Assembly (NCBI GenBank): GCA_964636435.1
Contig: CAZWRS010000002.1
Coordinates: 296-64,295 of the forward strand
Reading direction: 5' to 3'
Length of the DNA stretch: 64,000 nucleotides
DNA from: an uncultured Candidatus Saccharibacteria bacterium
Lineage (GTDB): Bacteria > Patescibacteriota > Saccharimonadia > Saccharimonadales > JAGQNK01
Positions 40,184-51,432 of the stretch are shown in pieces. Under the pieces are notes generated by a model that saw only the letters and a list, made by a program, of their open reading frames with translations, ran no database searches and was not told the DNA's origin. Numbering within the stretch: position 1 is the first letter of the stretch; each line of letters starts with the position of its first letter. The position numbers and the translations under genes are program-made.

Positions 40184-42079
40184 ATGAATGCGCAGGAAAT
40201 TAGGAAAAAGTACCTAGAGTTTTTTGAGGCTCGCGGGCACCGCGTGATTCCCCGGGCACTGCTGGTCCCCTACAATGACCCGACGACACTGTTTACCGGT
40301 TCCGGCATGCAGCCGCTGATTCCGTATTTACTGGGTGAGCCGCATCCTGAAGGCTCGCGCCTGGTCAACAGCCAAACCTGCTTGCGCGCCCAGGATATCG
40401 GCGATATTGGTGATAATCGGCACACGACGTTTTTTGAGATGCTCGGCAACTGGAGCCTGGGCGATTACTTCAAGGCGCAGCAAATACGCTGGTTCTTTGA
40501 GTTTTTGACGGACGAGGTCGGACTTGACCCCCAAAAGATATACGTCACCTGCTTCATTGGCAGCCAAAAACACGGCATTCCGCGTGATGATGAGGCAGCG
40601 GCCATCTGGCAGCAGCTCTTTAAAGAGCGGGGTATTGACGCTGAGATTGCCGAGATTGGCAGTCAGGCGGCTGGCGATAAGCGCGGTATCAAGCCTGGTG
40701 AGCGGATCTTTTTCTATGATGACGGCGAGAACTGGTGGAGTCGGGGCGGTGGATTGGATAAGACGCCAATCGGTGACCCGTGCGGGCCAGACAGCGAAGT
40801 GTTTTATGACTTTGGCGAGCAGCATCATGCTGAAGGGTATGGCCAGGCGCACCCGGCCAGCGACTCCGGCCGTTTCATGGAAATTGGCAACCAGGTGTTC
40901 ATGCAATACCGCCGGACCGAAGGCGGCTTTGAGCCGCTCGCCAAACCGAACGTTGACTTCGGTGGTGGGTTGGAGCGTATTGCCGCAGCAGCGATTGATA
41001 GCCCGGACGTTTTCAGAATCAGCGTTATGTGGCCGGTTATTGACAAGCTGCAAGCGATCAGCGGCAAAAAGTATGAAAGTCATACTGAAAGCATGCGCGT
41101 TATTGCTGATCACTTACGGGCAGCTACCTTCTTGGCTGTGGATGGGGTGAAGCCCAGTAACAAGGAGCAGGGCTATGTCATGCGACGGCTGGTGCGCCGG
41201 GCAATTCGGTTTGCCTTTGACCTCGGTGTAGAGCAGAACTTCCTAGAGAGTATTGTGCCGGTTATCGCTGATATCTACCACGCGGACTTTCCAGAGGTGG
41301 CCGAGAAACGCCAGCAGATTATTGAGATACTGGTGCGTGAAGAGAAAGCCTTCCGACAGACACTACGCAAGGGCATTCGTGAGTTCGATAAACTGACAGC
41401 TGACGGTCTGACGGGCAAAGAGATCTTCACGCTCTATGACACCTACGGCTTCCCCGTTGAGCTCAGCGTGGAGGAGGCATTCAAGCAGGATGTGCGGGTA
41501 GCCGATGATTGGCGGGCAGAGTTTGATCGGCTCATGGAAGAGCAGCGGCAGCGCAGCCAGACGGCAGCCAAAGGTACGTTCAAGGGCGGGCTGGGCGGCC
41601 AGACGATGCAGCATAAAAAGTATCACACGGCAACGCACTTGATGTACCAGGCGCTTCGCGACGTACTAGGTGATCATGTTATTCAGCGCGGCAGTAACAT
41701 TACTGAAGAGCGCTTGCGTTTTGACTTTTCGCATCCCGAAAAGGTCACCCGTGAACAGCTGACCGAGGTGGAAGAGATTGTGAACCGGGAAATCGCCAAA
41801 GACTTGCAGGTCACCTGGGCGGAGTACCCGACCGAAGAAGCGACTGGCCCCCTCGGTGCGCTCGGTCAGTTTGGCGACCGCTACGGTGATACGGTGAAAG
41901 TCTACTCCATGAAAGATCCCAAATCGCCACCAGAAGAGCGGCCTTACAGCTTCGAAATTTGCGGCGGCCCCCATGTTGACCACACCTTGCAGCTGTTTGA
42001 AGATGGCAAGCGCTTTAAGATTGTCAAAGAAGAAGCTTCATCAGCCGGTATCCGCCGCATCAAAGCCGTGCTGCAGTAG
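40184..42079 (+). CDS. alaS: Alanyl-tRNA synthetase, short form lacking the C-terminal C-Ala/DHHA1 region
   Basis: N-terminal catalytic core (FTGSGMQPL, class II motifs). Editing-domain HxxxH (HTATHLMYQALR) and CGGPHV near the C-terminus. 631 aa versus about 870 aa for canonical AlaRS. Confidence 0.85.
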   Translation: MNAQEIRKKYLEFFEARGHRVIPRALLVPYNDPTTLFTGSGMQPLIPYLLGEPHPEGSRLVNSQTCLRAQDIGDIGDNRHTTFFEMLGNWSLGDYFKAQQIRWFFEFLTDEVGLDPQKIYVTCFIGSQKHGIPRDDEAAAIWQQLFKERGIDAEIAEIGSQAAGDKRGIKPGERIFFYDDGENWWSRGGGLDKTPIGDPCGPDSEVFYDFGEQHHAEGYGQAHPASDSGRFMEIGNQVFMQYRRTEGGFEPLAKPNVDFGGGLERIAAAAIDSPDVFRISVMWPVIDKLQAISGKKYESHTESMRVIADHLRAATFLAVDGVKPSNKEQGYVMRRLVRRAIRFAFDLGVEQNFLESIVPVIADIYHADFPEVAEKRQQIIEILVREEKAFRQTLRKGIREFDKLTADGLTGKEIFTLYDTYGFPVELSVEEAFKQDVRVADDWRAEFDRLMEEQRQRSQTAAKGTFKGGLGGQTMQHKKYHTATHLMYQALRDVLGDHVIQRGSNITEERLRFDFSHPEKVTREQLTEVEEIVNREIAKDLQVTWAEYPTEEATGPLGALGQFGDRYGDTVKVYSMKDPKSPPEERPYSFEICGGPHVDHTLQLFEDGKRFKIVKEEASSAGIRRIKAVLQ

Positions 42080-42117
42080 TCGCTATCCCTCCTCTCCATG
42101 CTATAATTATTTCGATT

Positions 42118-43413
42118 ATGCTTGATAAACTCTCGGGGCTTTCCCGTTCAGCAAAAAAGAAGGTCAAATCTGCAAAAACGACCGATACGGGCCGCTTTGT
42201 TGTCGGCCTGGATATTGGTACTGAGTACGTTAAGGCGCTCGTCGCCCGGGTGGGAGATGATGAGCTGGAGATTATCGGGGTTGGCAGGCAGCACCAGGGG
42301 TTTGCAGATATGCAGGCTGGCGCAATTGCTGATATTGGCGCCGTGGTTGCCAACTGCGACGCCGCGCTGACGCAAGCTGAGCAGCAGGCAGGCGTTAGTG
42401 CGCGGACAGCTGTAATTGGTATCGCTGGCGAACTAGTGAAGGGCACGACGACTACCGTACGGTGTACCCGCAAGAACGCGGGCAAGCCGCTGGACGTGGC
42501 TGAGCTGGAGCGTATCATCGGGCTGGTGCAGGAGCGAGCTGAGAAAAAAGCCAAGCAGGAGCTGGCCTGGGAGATGGGCGGCAAAGAAGTTGAGATTCGA
42601 TTGGTCAACAGCGCCCTGGTCGGTATTGATATTGATGGCTATAAAGTTACCAATCCCGTCGGCTTCCAGGGCAAGGATGTGATTGTCCAGTTGTACACGG
42701 CGTTTGCGCCGCTGGTGCATATTGGCGCTCTGGAGCGGACTGCTCAGGAACTCGACCTTGATCTGCTCGCCGTAGCTGCCGAGCCCTTCGCGGTTGCCCG
42801 CTCGGTTATTGGTAACGACCCCAACGCTAACATGAGCGCAATCCTGATGGACGTTGGCGGTGGTACGACCGATATTGCCGTTATCAATGAAGGCGGCGTA
42901 CAGGGAACGAAAATGTTTGGTATTGGTGGCCGCGCCTTTACGCGTACGCTGGAGCGTGAGCTGGGTATTGATTTTGACCGAGCTGAAGAACTGAAACTGA
43001 GTCTTGGTACTAACCGCCTGCCACAGAACAAAAAAGCCGCGGCTGAAAAAATACTGGGCAAGACGGTTGACGTGTGGACGAGCGGTGTTGAGTTGGCGCT
43101 CAGTGAATTTACCAAGCTTGATAATCTGCCGCACCGCATTTTACTCTGTGGCGGTGGATCGAGTCTCGACACACTTATGGATTCCTTGAACCAGGCGAGC
43201 TGGTACAAGGATCTGCCCTTTACCCGCAAGCCGGTCATTCAGCACCTGGATCCGGACCGAGTGGTGGGGATCGACGATAAGACCGGCAATGTGACCGACC
43301 ATACCTTCGTGACGGCCATGGGTCTGCTCAGGGTTGGATTAGACACCCTCCAGCAGGAAATGGGCACAAGCGGTTCGGTGAAGGAAAAAATTGATAGAAT
43401 GTTACGGATATAG
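42118..43413 (+). CDS. ftsA: Cell division protein FtsA-like actin-family ATPase
   Basis: VVGLDIGTEYVKALV phosphate-1 motif, MDVGGGTTDIAVI, LCGGGSSL, and a C-terminal amphipathic helix KEKIDRMLRI. Confidence 0.65.
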   Translation: MLDKLSGLSRSAKKKVKSAKTTDTGRFVVGLDIGTEYVKALVARVGDDELEIIGVGRQHQGFADMQAGAIADIGAVVANCDAALTQAEQQAGVSARTAVIGIAGELVKGTTTTVRCTRKNAGKPLDVAELERIIGLVQERAEKKAKQELAWEMGGKEVEIRLVNSALVGIDIDGYKVTNPVGFQGKDVIVQLYTAFAPLVHIGALERTAQELDLDLLAVAAEPFAVARSVIGNDPNANMSAILMDVGGGTTDIAVINEGGVQGTKMFGIGGRAFTRTLERELGIDFDRAEELKLSLGTNRLPQNKKAAAEKILGKTVDVWTSGVELALSEFTKLDNLPHRILLCGGGSSLDTLMDSLNQASWYKDLPFTRKPVIQHLDPDRVVGIDDKTGNVTDHTFVTAMGLLRVGLDTLQQEMGTSGSVKEKIDRMLRI

Positions 43414-43422
43414 AGAAGTAAT

Positions 43423-45135
43423 ATGGTAAAAGATCCCAAAGACACCATTTATATAGATATCGATGACGAAATAACAGCGATTATTGATAAGGTACAAAAC
43501 TCTCAGAAGAAGATTGTTGCCCTGGTTCTGCCGAAGCGGGCGGCAGTTTTCCAGAGTATCGTTAATATGAAGCTGCTCAAGCGCACAGCAGACAACGTAA
43601 AGAAAAATGTCGTCCTGATCACCTCGGAGTCAGCGCTGTTGCCGCTGGCCGGTGCGGTTGGCCTGCACGTTGCCAGGACGCCCCAGAGCAAACCAGAGAT
43701 TCCGCCGGCTCCTGTGGCAGCCCGGGCGGCTGCGCATGCGCCGGAGCAAGATGAAGATGTGGAATTAGACAAAGCTGCATCAGTCGGTGCGTTGGCTGGT
43801 GTAGCTGACGATGAAGCAATTGAGGTTGATAACACTGAACCAGCTCACGAAGCTGGCGGCGCCGGCGGTGCAGGTGTGGCGGCGGGAGCGGCTGCCGCCA
43901 AGAAGGGCAAAAAAGGCAAGGATGCAGCTGCCAAGAAGAAGTTTAAAATACCGAATTTCGAAAAGTTTCGCAGTAAATTATTCCTCGGCATTGCTGCTAT
44001 ATTGATTTTAATTGTTGGTTGTGTCCTCGCGTTTATGGTGCTGCCGAAAGCCACGGTAGCGCTGAAGACCGATACGAGTAATCTGGACACCAATCTGACC
44101 GTTATTGCTGATCCGAATGCTCAGCGACTGGATATTGAGAATGGCATAATTCCGGCCATCAACAAAGAGTTCCGCAAGACCGATACCGAAAAGGTTGCTG
44201 CCACTGGTGAGAAAAATGTCGGTACTAAAGCTTCGGGCAGCGTTATACTATCTGTTGATTGTGGAGACGGCACACCTTCCATACCAGCTGGAACGGGTGT
44301 GAGCACCGGTAATCTGACATTTATAACCAGATCGGCTGTTACGATAGCGTCATTCCCCGATACGAGTGACGGTGACTGTAAATTTACGAGAGAAGTAGAT
44401 GTGGTCGCTCAACAAGCAGGTGAAAAATATAATGTAAGGTCAGGCAGGAGTTTCACGGTGGCAGGCTTCTCTGCCGTATCAGCAACCAATGAAGAATCTA
44501 TGTCAGGCGGATCTGACCGAATCGTCAAAGTCGTGACGCAGGAAGACGTCGATAAGGCCAAGAATACTATCACCCAGCGCGCAGGCGATGAAGCACCTAA
44601 GGATTTACGCGAAGATATCCAGGACGAGGGTTACCTGCCCATTGATTCAACGCTTAATGCCGGTGAACCAGTGGTTACGAGCTCGCCAGAAGTTGGTGCC
44701 GAGGCGAATGAGGTAACGGTTACGTCAACTACGGTGTTTACCATGCTCGGTGTCAAAGAAAATGATCTAAAATCGCTGGTCGAGGCGGACGCTAAAGACA
44801 AGATTGATCCAGAAACGCAGGTCATCCGGGATAATGGCTTAAGCCGAGCAAATTTCCGCGTTGAGCAAGCAAACCCGAACGGCCAAACAACTCTAACTGT
44901 GCAGACCATTGTCGTAGCCGGGCCGGAGCTGAATGAAGAATCACTCAAAAAGGAGATTGCCGGCAAGAAGCGCGGCGAAATCCAAGATATGCTCAAGAAG
45001 CGCCCAGGAGTCAACGAAGTGGAAGTCGAGTATAGCCCGTTCTGGGTGCAGTCCACGCCAAAGAGTGCCGACAAGATCAGTATAGTAATAGAGGGAAATG
45101 ATACGGACCAGGATGCAGACAGCCGGGATCCATAA
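43423..45135 (+). CDS. Hypothetical bitopic membrane protein (about 100-aa cytoplasmic domain, Ala/Gly/Lys-rich linker, TM, about 370-aa extracytoplasmic domain) immediately downstream of ftsA
   Basis: TM LFLGIAAILILIVGCVLAFMVL. No recognisable family. Confidence 0.45.
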   Translation: MVKDPKDTIYIDIDDEITAIIDKVQNSQKKIVALVLPKRAAVFQSIVNMKLLKRTADNVKKNVVLITSESALLPLAGAVGLHVARTPQSKPEIPPAPVAARAAAHAPEQDEDVELDKAASVGALAGVADDEAIEVDNTEPAHEAGGAGGAGVAAGAAAAKKGKKGKDAAAKKKFKIPNFEKFRSKLFLGIAAILILIVGCVLAFMVLPKATVALKTDTSNLDTNLTVIADPNAQRLDIENGIIPAINKEFRKTDTEKVAATGEKNVGTKASGSVILSVDCGDGTPSIPAGTGVSTGNLTFITRSAVTIASFPDTSDGDCKFTREVDVVAQQAGEKYNVRSGRSFTVAGFSAVSATNEESMSGGSDRIVKVVTQEDVDKAKNTITQRAGDEAPKDLREDIQDEGYLPIDSTLNAGEPVVTSSPEVGAEANEVTVTSTTVFTMLGVKENDLKSLVEADAKDKIDPETQVIRDNGLSRANFRVEQANPNGQTTLTVQTIVVAGPELNEESLKKEIAGKKRGEIQDMLKKRPGVNEVEVEYSPFWVQSTPKSADKISIVIEGNDTDQDADSRDP

Positions 45136-45532
45136 TATTATTGCGCTCGATGTTGGCGACAAGCGGGTTGGTGTTGCCATGACTAATAGCGTGGCTCGCT
45201 TGCCGAGTCCGTTCGTAACCCTCGTTCGTGACGAACACTTTTGGCAGAAGCTGGAATTGTTGCTACGCGAACATGACGTTGAGGAGGTGGTGGTGGGATT
45301 GCCACGGAACTTGCATGGCAACGACACTGAGCAGACACGACTCACCAGGCAGTTTATTGCCGAGCTGGAAGTGCGACTAGGTGTCAAGGCGGTAGAGCAA
45401 GATGAGGCTTTGACCTCGAAGCGGGCCGAGGCCGAACTGGACGCGCGGGGCAAGCCTTACGACAGGGGTGATGTTGACGCGCTGGCAGCAACTTTTATAC
45501 TGGAAGATTATCTAAACGAACGGAAAAACTGA
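45098..45532 (+). CDS. ruvX: Putative pre-16S rRNA nuclease / Holliday junction resolvase-like YqgF (RuvX)
   Basis: IIALDVGDKRVGVAM N-terminus; EVVVGLP motif. Confidence 0.8.
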   Translation: MIRTRMQTAGIHNIIALDVGDKRVGVAMTNSVARLPSPFVTLVRDEHFWQKLELLLREHDVEEVVVGLPRNLHGNDTEQTRLTRQFIAELEVRLGVKAVEQDEALTSKRAEAELDARGKPYDRGDVDALAATFILEDYLNERKN

Positions 45533-45538
45533 GTCACT

Positions 45539-46612
45539 ATGGTATTTATGCGAAAGCGCCGGCAAAAAAATTGGCCAAAAATTCTTCTGGGCGGACTCAT
45601 TGTGCTGATAGTCTTCCTAGCAGCCGCTGCGTTCCTGGTGCGACGGGAGTACAACCAGAACCTGCGGCCCGTCAGTGCTTCACAAAAAAGTGAAACGTTC
45701 ACCATTCCAACGGGTGCGTCTGTTAAGCAGGTCGGCACTGAGCTCCAGGCAGCCGGTCTTATTCGGGCGTCATGGGCCTTCGAGTGGTATTTCCGGACAC
45801 ATAAGCTCGGCGATCATTTAAAGGCCGGTACGTATTCGCTGCGGCCGGATATGTCAGTCAAGGAGATCGCTGATATTGTGACTGACGGGGTGGTAGCTAC
45901 TGATCAGGTCACCATCCTGCCGGGCAAACGCATAGATGAGGTGCGCACGGATCTCATCAACGCCGGTTTCCGGGTTGAAGATGTTGAGGCGGCGCTCGAT
46001 CCAAAACAGTACCCCAATCATCCGGCTCTCGTGGATAGGCCCAGCGGTGCTACCTTGGAGGGCTACGTATTCCCTGAGACGTTCCAGAAGACAGCAACTA
46101 CCCAGCCAACGATTATTATCAAGTCGTCGCTTGATGAGCTGCATAAGGTGCTCACCCCGACACTGCGGGCGAATATCATTAAGCAGGGCCTGACGATCCA
46201 CGAAGCCATCATTCTGGCCTCGATTATTGAGAAGGAGGCAGGTACGGAAGATGAAAAGCCGCGCATTGCCCAGGTATTTCTCAAGCGACTACGGGAGGAC
46301 ATGAAGCTACAGTCTGACGCGACAGCCGGCTATGGAGCAGTGCTGAGCGGTGATTATGATTCGCTCAGTGGCAGCGAGTTGCTGACGTATGAATCAGCCT
46401 ATAACACGTACCTGCATGCCGGACTGCCGCCAGGCCCGATTAGCAGCTTCAATGCTTCATCACTAGAGGCGATTGCCTACCCCTCGAATACCGATTACTT
46501 GTACTTTGTCTCCGGCAAAGACTGCGTGACCAGGTTCTCGAAGACGTTGGCCGAGCACGAAGAGCTGCAGGAAAAACACGGTGTGCGCAGCTTCACGACC
46601 GTGTGTAAATAA
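45539..46612 (+). CDS. mltG: Endolytic murein transglycosylase MltG (YceG family)
   Basis: N-terminal TM; YceG-like domain (LEGYVFPETF, ASIIEKEA). Confidence 0.8.
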   Translation: MVFMRKRRQKNWPKILLGGLIVLIVFLAAAAFLVRREYNQNLRPVSASQKSETFTIPTGASVKQVGTELQAAGLIRASWAFEWYFRTHKLGDHLKAGTYSLRPDMSVKEIADIVTDGVVATDQVTILPGKRIDEVRTDLINAGFRVEDVEAALDPKQYPNHPALVDRPSGATLEGYVFPETFQKTATTQPTIIIKSSLDELHKVLTPTLRANIIKQGLTIHEAIILASIIEKEAGTEDEKPRIAQVFLKRLREDMKLQSDATAGYGAVLSGDYDSLSGSELLTYESAYNTYLHAGLPPGPISSFNASSLEAIAYPSNTDYLYFVSGKDCVTRFSKTLAEHEELQEKHGVRSFTTVCK

Positions 46613-46656
46613 CTACTGCTAATAGTTAGTTCTCGCCTGATGACCTCAGTAGCGAC

Positions 46657-46684
46657 TTGAATACGCCAGTGGTTTTGGTATAAT
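46657..46684 (+). promoter_or_regulatory. Candidate sigma70 promoter (TTGAAT-16-TATAAT)
   Basis: TTGAAT at 46657-46662 and TATAAT at 46679-46684, upstream of the LysM-CHAP gene. Confidence 0.4.
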
Positions 46685-46741
46685 TTGCAGCAGCAACTTT
46701 CATGAACTGAAGTTGCGTCCGCGGTTAGGGCTCGGCGAGTA

Positions 46742-47917
46742 ATGCCAGTGCTAACCGTTAAGACATCTGCTTCGTATAACGCGAATCAGGAGAACATTAT
46801 TCGTATACTCTCGCAAACAATCGGTCAGCATGCACGCACAAAAGCGGCAGCGAAGGCCCGTCGGCGCATCATCGGTCGAATATCCAAGCGGACTCGAAAA
46901 CGCTTCATTCGATACTCTTTAGTGGCAGCCAATGCAGCTCTGCTCGTTGCTGTAATTGGCTTCGTGACCAAGAGTCCGAACACGAGCCAGGCAATCAAAC
47001 AGAGCGCGCTCTCCAGCGATGTGGTGGCAGCTAACCCGCTTGACCAGCTGTCATCGTCGGATATCGCGGTGCATTTGGCGCGTATGGCCAGCTTGCCGGA
47101 ATCGACCGCTGTCGTAAACCAGGCAGACACCATTAGCGGCCAGATGGCCATTACGTCGGCTGATAGCCGCATCGTGGCTAAGCCGCAGATTGTCAGTACT
47201 GCTGCGAAATCTTATAAAGACATTCAGGTATATGTCGTCAAACCTGGCGATACGATTGCTTCGGTCGCTGAGAAATTTGGCGTGACCTCCGATAGTATTC
47301 GCTGGTCGAATGACATTGAAGGTACTGAGCTGCCAGTCGGGCGCGAGCTCTACATTCCGCCGGTCAACGGCATCGTATACCTGGTGAAGGCTGGTGACAC
47401 GGCTGATAAGCTGGCCCGTGAGTACAACGCAAGCAAAGCGGCGATCGAATCCTTTAACGACGCTGAAGTACTGGGGCTGGTGGTCGGCCGACGGATTGTG
47501 ATACCTGATGGTACAAAGGCAGCTGCCACCTATAACGTTGCTTCGTCCTATAGCGGCGGGTACGGTGCGGCGGCTTGGGGTAGTGCCCCAATTTATGGCT
47601 ACAACGGCTACGATTACGGCTGGTGTACCTGGTATGTCGCGAATAAAGTACCGGTGCCGGCCAACTGGGGAAATGCCAATACGTGGGATAACTACGCGGC
47701 GGCGAGCGGCTGGACCGTGAGCAGCGTGCCGCGCCCGGGAGCGGTTGCTCAGACGGATGCCGGCGGCTTGGGCCATGTCGGTGTCGTGGAGGCTGTATCA
47801 GCTGATGGCACCATGATTAAGTACTCTGATATGAACGGACTGGCTGGCTGGGGTGTTGTAGGGTATAGCGACTGGGTGCCAGTCCACTCCAAGTTCCAGA
47901 AGTTCATCTACCGATAA
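46742..47917 (+). CDS. Peptidoglycan hydrolase with 2x LysM and C-terminal CHAP domain
   Basis: LysM repeats (YVVKPGDTIASVAEKFGV, YLVKAGDTADKLAREY). CHAP Cys (GWCTWYV) and His (GHVGVVE). Confidence 0.75.
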   Translation: MPVLTVKTSASYNANQENIIRILSQTIGQHARTKAAAKARRRIIGRISKRTRKRFIRYSLVAANAALLVAVIGFVTKSPNTSQAIKQSALSSDVVAANPLDQLSSSDIAVHLARMASLPESTAVVNQADTISGQMAITSADSRIVAKPQIVSTAAKSYKDIQVYVVKPGDTIASVAEKFGVTSDSIRWSNDIEGTELPVGRELYIPPVNGIVYLVKAGDTADKLAREYNASKAAIESFNDAEVLGLVVGRRIVIPDGTKAAATYNVASSYSGGYGAAAWGSAPIYGYNGYDYGWCTWYVANKVPVPANWGNANTWDNYAAASGWTVSSVPRPGAVAQTDAGGLGHVGVVEAVSADGTMIKYSDMNGLAGWGVVGYSDWVPVHSKFQKFIYR

Positions 47918-47975
47918 GTAGCCGACTTACTATCACCAACTATCTGTAAGAATTACACCACCTCTGTTATAATGA

Positions 47976-49250
<1,275 letters not shown>

Positions 49251-49291
49251 CGTGCACCTGTACGGAGTGCGGGGTGGTACACTGGTAAGGT

Positions 49292-50734
49292 ATGGCACAA
49301 ACGCTATTCTTTTACGATCTTGAGACGTCCGGCTTCAACCCCAAGGATGCCCGGATTATGCAGTTTGCCGGCCAACGGACCGATATGCAGCTCACCCCGA
49401 TTGGTGAGCCGCATAACTATCTGATCCGCATGACCGATGATGTGCTGCCCGAGCCGGACGCGGTGCTCGTCACGGGCATTACGCCGCAGCAAACGATTGC
49501 TGATGGCCTGCCTGAAGCCGAGTTTCTTAAGATTTTCAGCGAGGAAATTGCTACACCGGACACCATTTTTGCCGGTTTCAACACGGTGCGCTTTGACGAC
49601 GAGTTCATGCGCTATACGCTGTATCGGAACTTTTATGATCCCTATGAGTGGCAGTGGCAAGACGGCCGATCCCGCTGGGATATTCTGGATGTCGTCCGCA
49701 TGACCCGCGCCCTGCGGCCCGAAGGTATCGAGTGGCCATTCGACGCCAAAGGCGCACCGACGAATCGTCTGGAGCTGCTGTCCTCATTAAACGGCCTGGA
49801 TCACGCCAACGCGCATGATGCCCTCAGTGATGTTCACGCGACTATTGCCGTCGCCCGCCTTATCCGGGAAAAGCAGCCGAAGCTCTTCGATTTTCTGCTC
49901 AAAATGCGGGACAAGAAGGAAGTCGCCAAGCTGGCCATGAGCGGCCAGCCCTTCGTGTATACCTCGGGTAAATATGCCAATGAATTCGAAAAAACCACCG
50001 TTGTCAGTACGCTCGCCGAGCATCCGCAAGGTCAGGGCGCGTTGGTATTTGATCTGCGCTATGACCCCACGCCGTTCCTGGAACTTGATCCACCTGCCCT
50101 GGCTGAAGCGCTGCGCCGTCGCAAGGACGATCCGGGGCCACGCCTTCCCGTCAAGACGCTGAAATTCAACCGCTGTCCGGCGATAGCGCCACTATCGGTG
50201 CTCGATGAAGCCAGCCAGGAACGTTTGAAGTTAGTGCCTGAAACTTATCTGCAGAATCATGAAAAACTGCAGCGCGTGCAGTCTGAACTGACGAAAGGCG
50301 TGCTGGAAGCGCTGCAGATTATGGATAAGAAGCTGCAAGCCCGGTTGCTCGAGACAGACAGTGATGTCGATGCCCGGCTGTATGACAGTTTTTTTGCCAA
50401 CGAGGACAAGTCCCATATGCGGTCGGTGCGGACGGCGGATGTTGATACGCTGCAGTCTCTGAAGCCGGCGTTTAAAGATGGGCGCCTGGAGGCGCTGCTG
50501 CCGCTGTATAAGGCACGTAACTACCCGAAGTCAATGAGTGCTGAGGACCGCGCACAGTGGGAGCGGTTCCGGGAGCGACGGCTGCTGGGTGGCGGTGAAG
50601 CGAGTCGGGCGGCTAAATACTTTGCCCGCTTGGCTGAGCTGGCCAAGGATGACAAGCTATCGGGCGAGCAGCAGTATATCTTAGAAGAGCTTCAGCTTTA
50701 CGGCCAGAGCATTTTGCCAACGAGCGAAGGGTGA
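49292..50734 (+). CDS. sbcB: Exodeoxyribonuclease I
   Basis: DEDDh N-terminus FFYDLETSGFNP and H-x4-D ANAHDALSD; about 480 aa with SH3-like C-terminal region. Confidence 0.85.
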   Translation: MAQTLFFYDLETSGFNPKDARIMQFAGQRTDMQLTPIGEPHNYLIRMTDDVLPEPDAVLVTGITPQQTIADGLPEAEFLKIFSEEIATPDTIFAGFNTVRFDDEFMRYTLYRNFYDPYEWQWQDGRSRWDILDVVRMTRALRPEGIEWPFDAKGAPTNRLELLSSLNGLDHANAHDALSDVHATIAVARLIREKQPKLFDFLLKMRDKKEVAKLAMSGQPFVYTSGKYANEFEKTTVVSTLAEHPQGQGALVFDLRYDPTPFLELDPPALAEALRRRKDDPGPRLPVKTLKFNRCPAIAPLSVLDEASQERLKLVPETYLQNHEKLQRVQSELTKGVLEALQIMDKKLQARLLETDSDVDARLYDSFFANEDKSHMRSVRTADVDTLQSLKPAFKDGRLEALLPLYKARNYPKSMSAEDRAQWERFRERRLLGGGEASRAAKYFARLAELAKDDKLSGEQQYILEELQLYGQSILPTSEG

Positions 50735-51006
50735 CCGCTGCCTGAGGCGCAACGATAGATAGATGCGCAGCATACTCAGCTCGGTGATGCACGTGCTTGC
50801 GTATTTACGACCCCGTGTCACGGCGAACATAAGCGCCAGAAATGCCGCCCACAGTAACATGACACCGCCAAAAGAGAGTTGAATATGGCTGCCAGGGATC
50901 TGGCCCAAGACTATGAGTTCCAACATCTGCCACCTCGCCTAGGTAAAACTATTGTTGAGGTAGATTTTATATCATATTGCTAATAAAGCAAATATATATT
51001 ATAGCA

Positions 51007-51417
51007 CTAGCGCTTTCGCTTGAACTTCTTTTTGAGCCGACCCCACCGGTTGCGATTACCGAAAAAGACTACGACGCCCATGCTGATCATGAACGCGCCC
51101 ATAGCATTGGTCCAAGGGTAGAGGATATCGAGAATGATGTACAGGCCCCAAATGATGAGGGTGGGTGACAGCAGGTCGAAGAAGCGGTACAGTCGAGGTC
51201 GAAAGATTAATTCACCTAATCGGTCGGCGTATTCACGGAGGAGGTCGATATATCGTTCGGCCCACTCGTGGTTAATCGCGAGCAGACCGAGGCCAGCTAT
51301 GAATAGTGGGATGCCGCCGGGACCCGGTAGCCAACCGGTGAGCAGTGCTCCGATCATACAGAGGACTGCCAGCGTATCAAAAATAATCAATTGTAAGTAG
51401 TGCTTGACGCGAGCCAT
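51007..51417 (-). CDS. PGPGW-family small transmembrane protein
   Basis: LPGPGGIPLFIAGLGLLAI motif, two TM helices and a basic C-tail. Confidence 0.6.
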   Translation of the reverse strand: MARVKHYLQLIIFDTLAVLCMIGALLTGWLPGPGGIPLFIAGLGLLAINHEWAERYIDLLREYADRLGELIFRPRLYRFFDLLSPTLIIWGLYIILDILYPWTNAMGAFMISMGVVVFFGNRNRWGRLKKKFKRKR

Positions 51418-51432
51418 AAAGCATATTATAGA

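Noticed and set aside
40328-41150. Long ORFs on both strands inside alaS
   Set aside because: Overlap the AlaRS catalytic domain; no motifs; typical antisense ORFs.
50681-50926. 81-aa minus-strand hydrophobic ORF
   Set aside because: Overlaps the 3' end of sbcB by about 50 nt; no RBS evidence. It could be a real small membrane protein, but support is weak.
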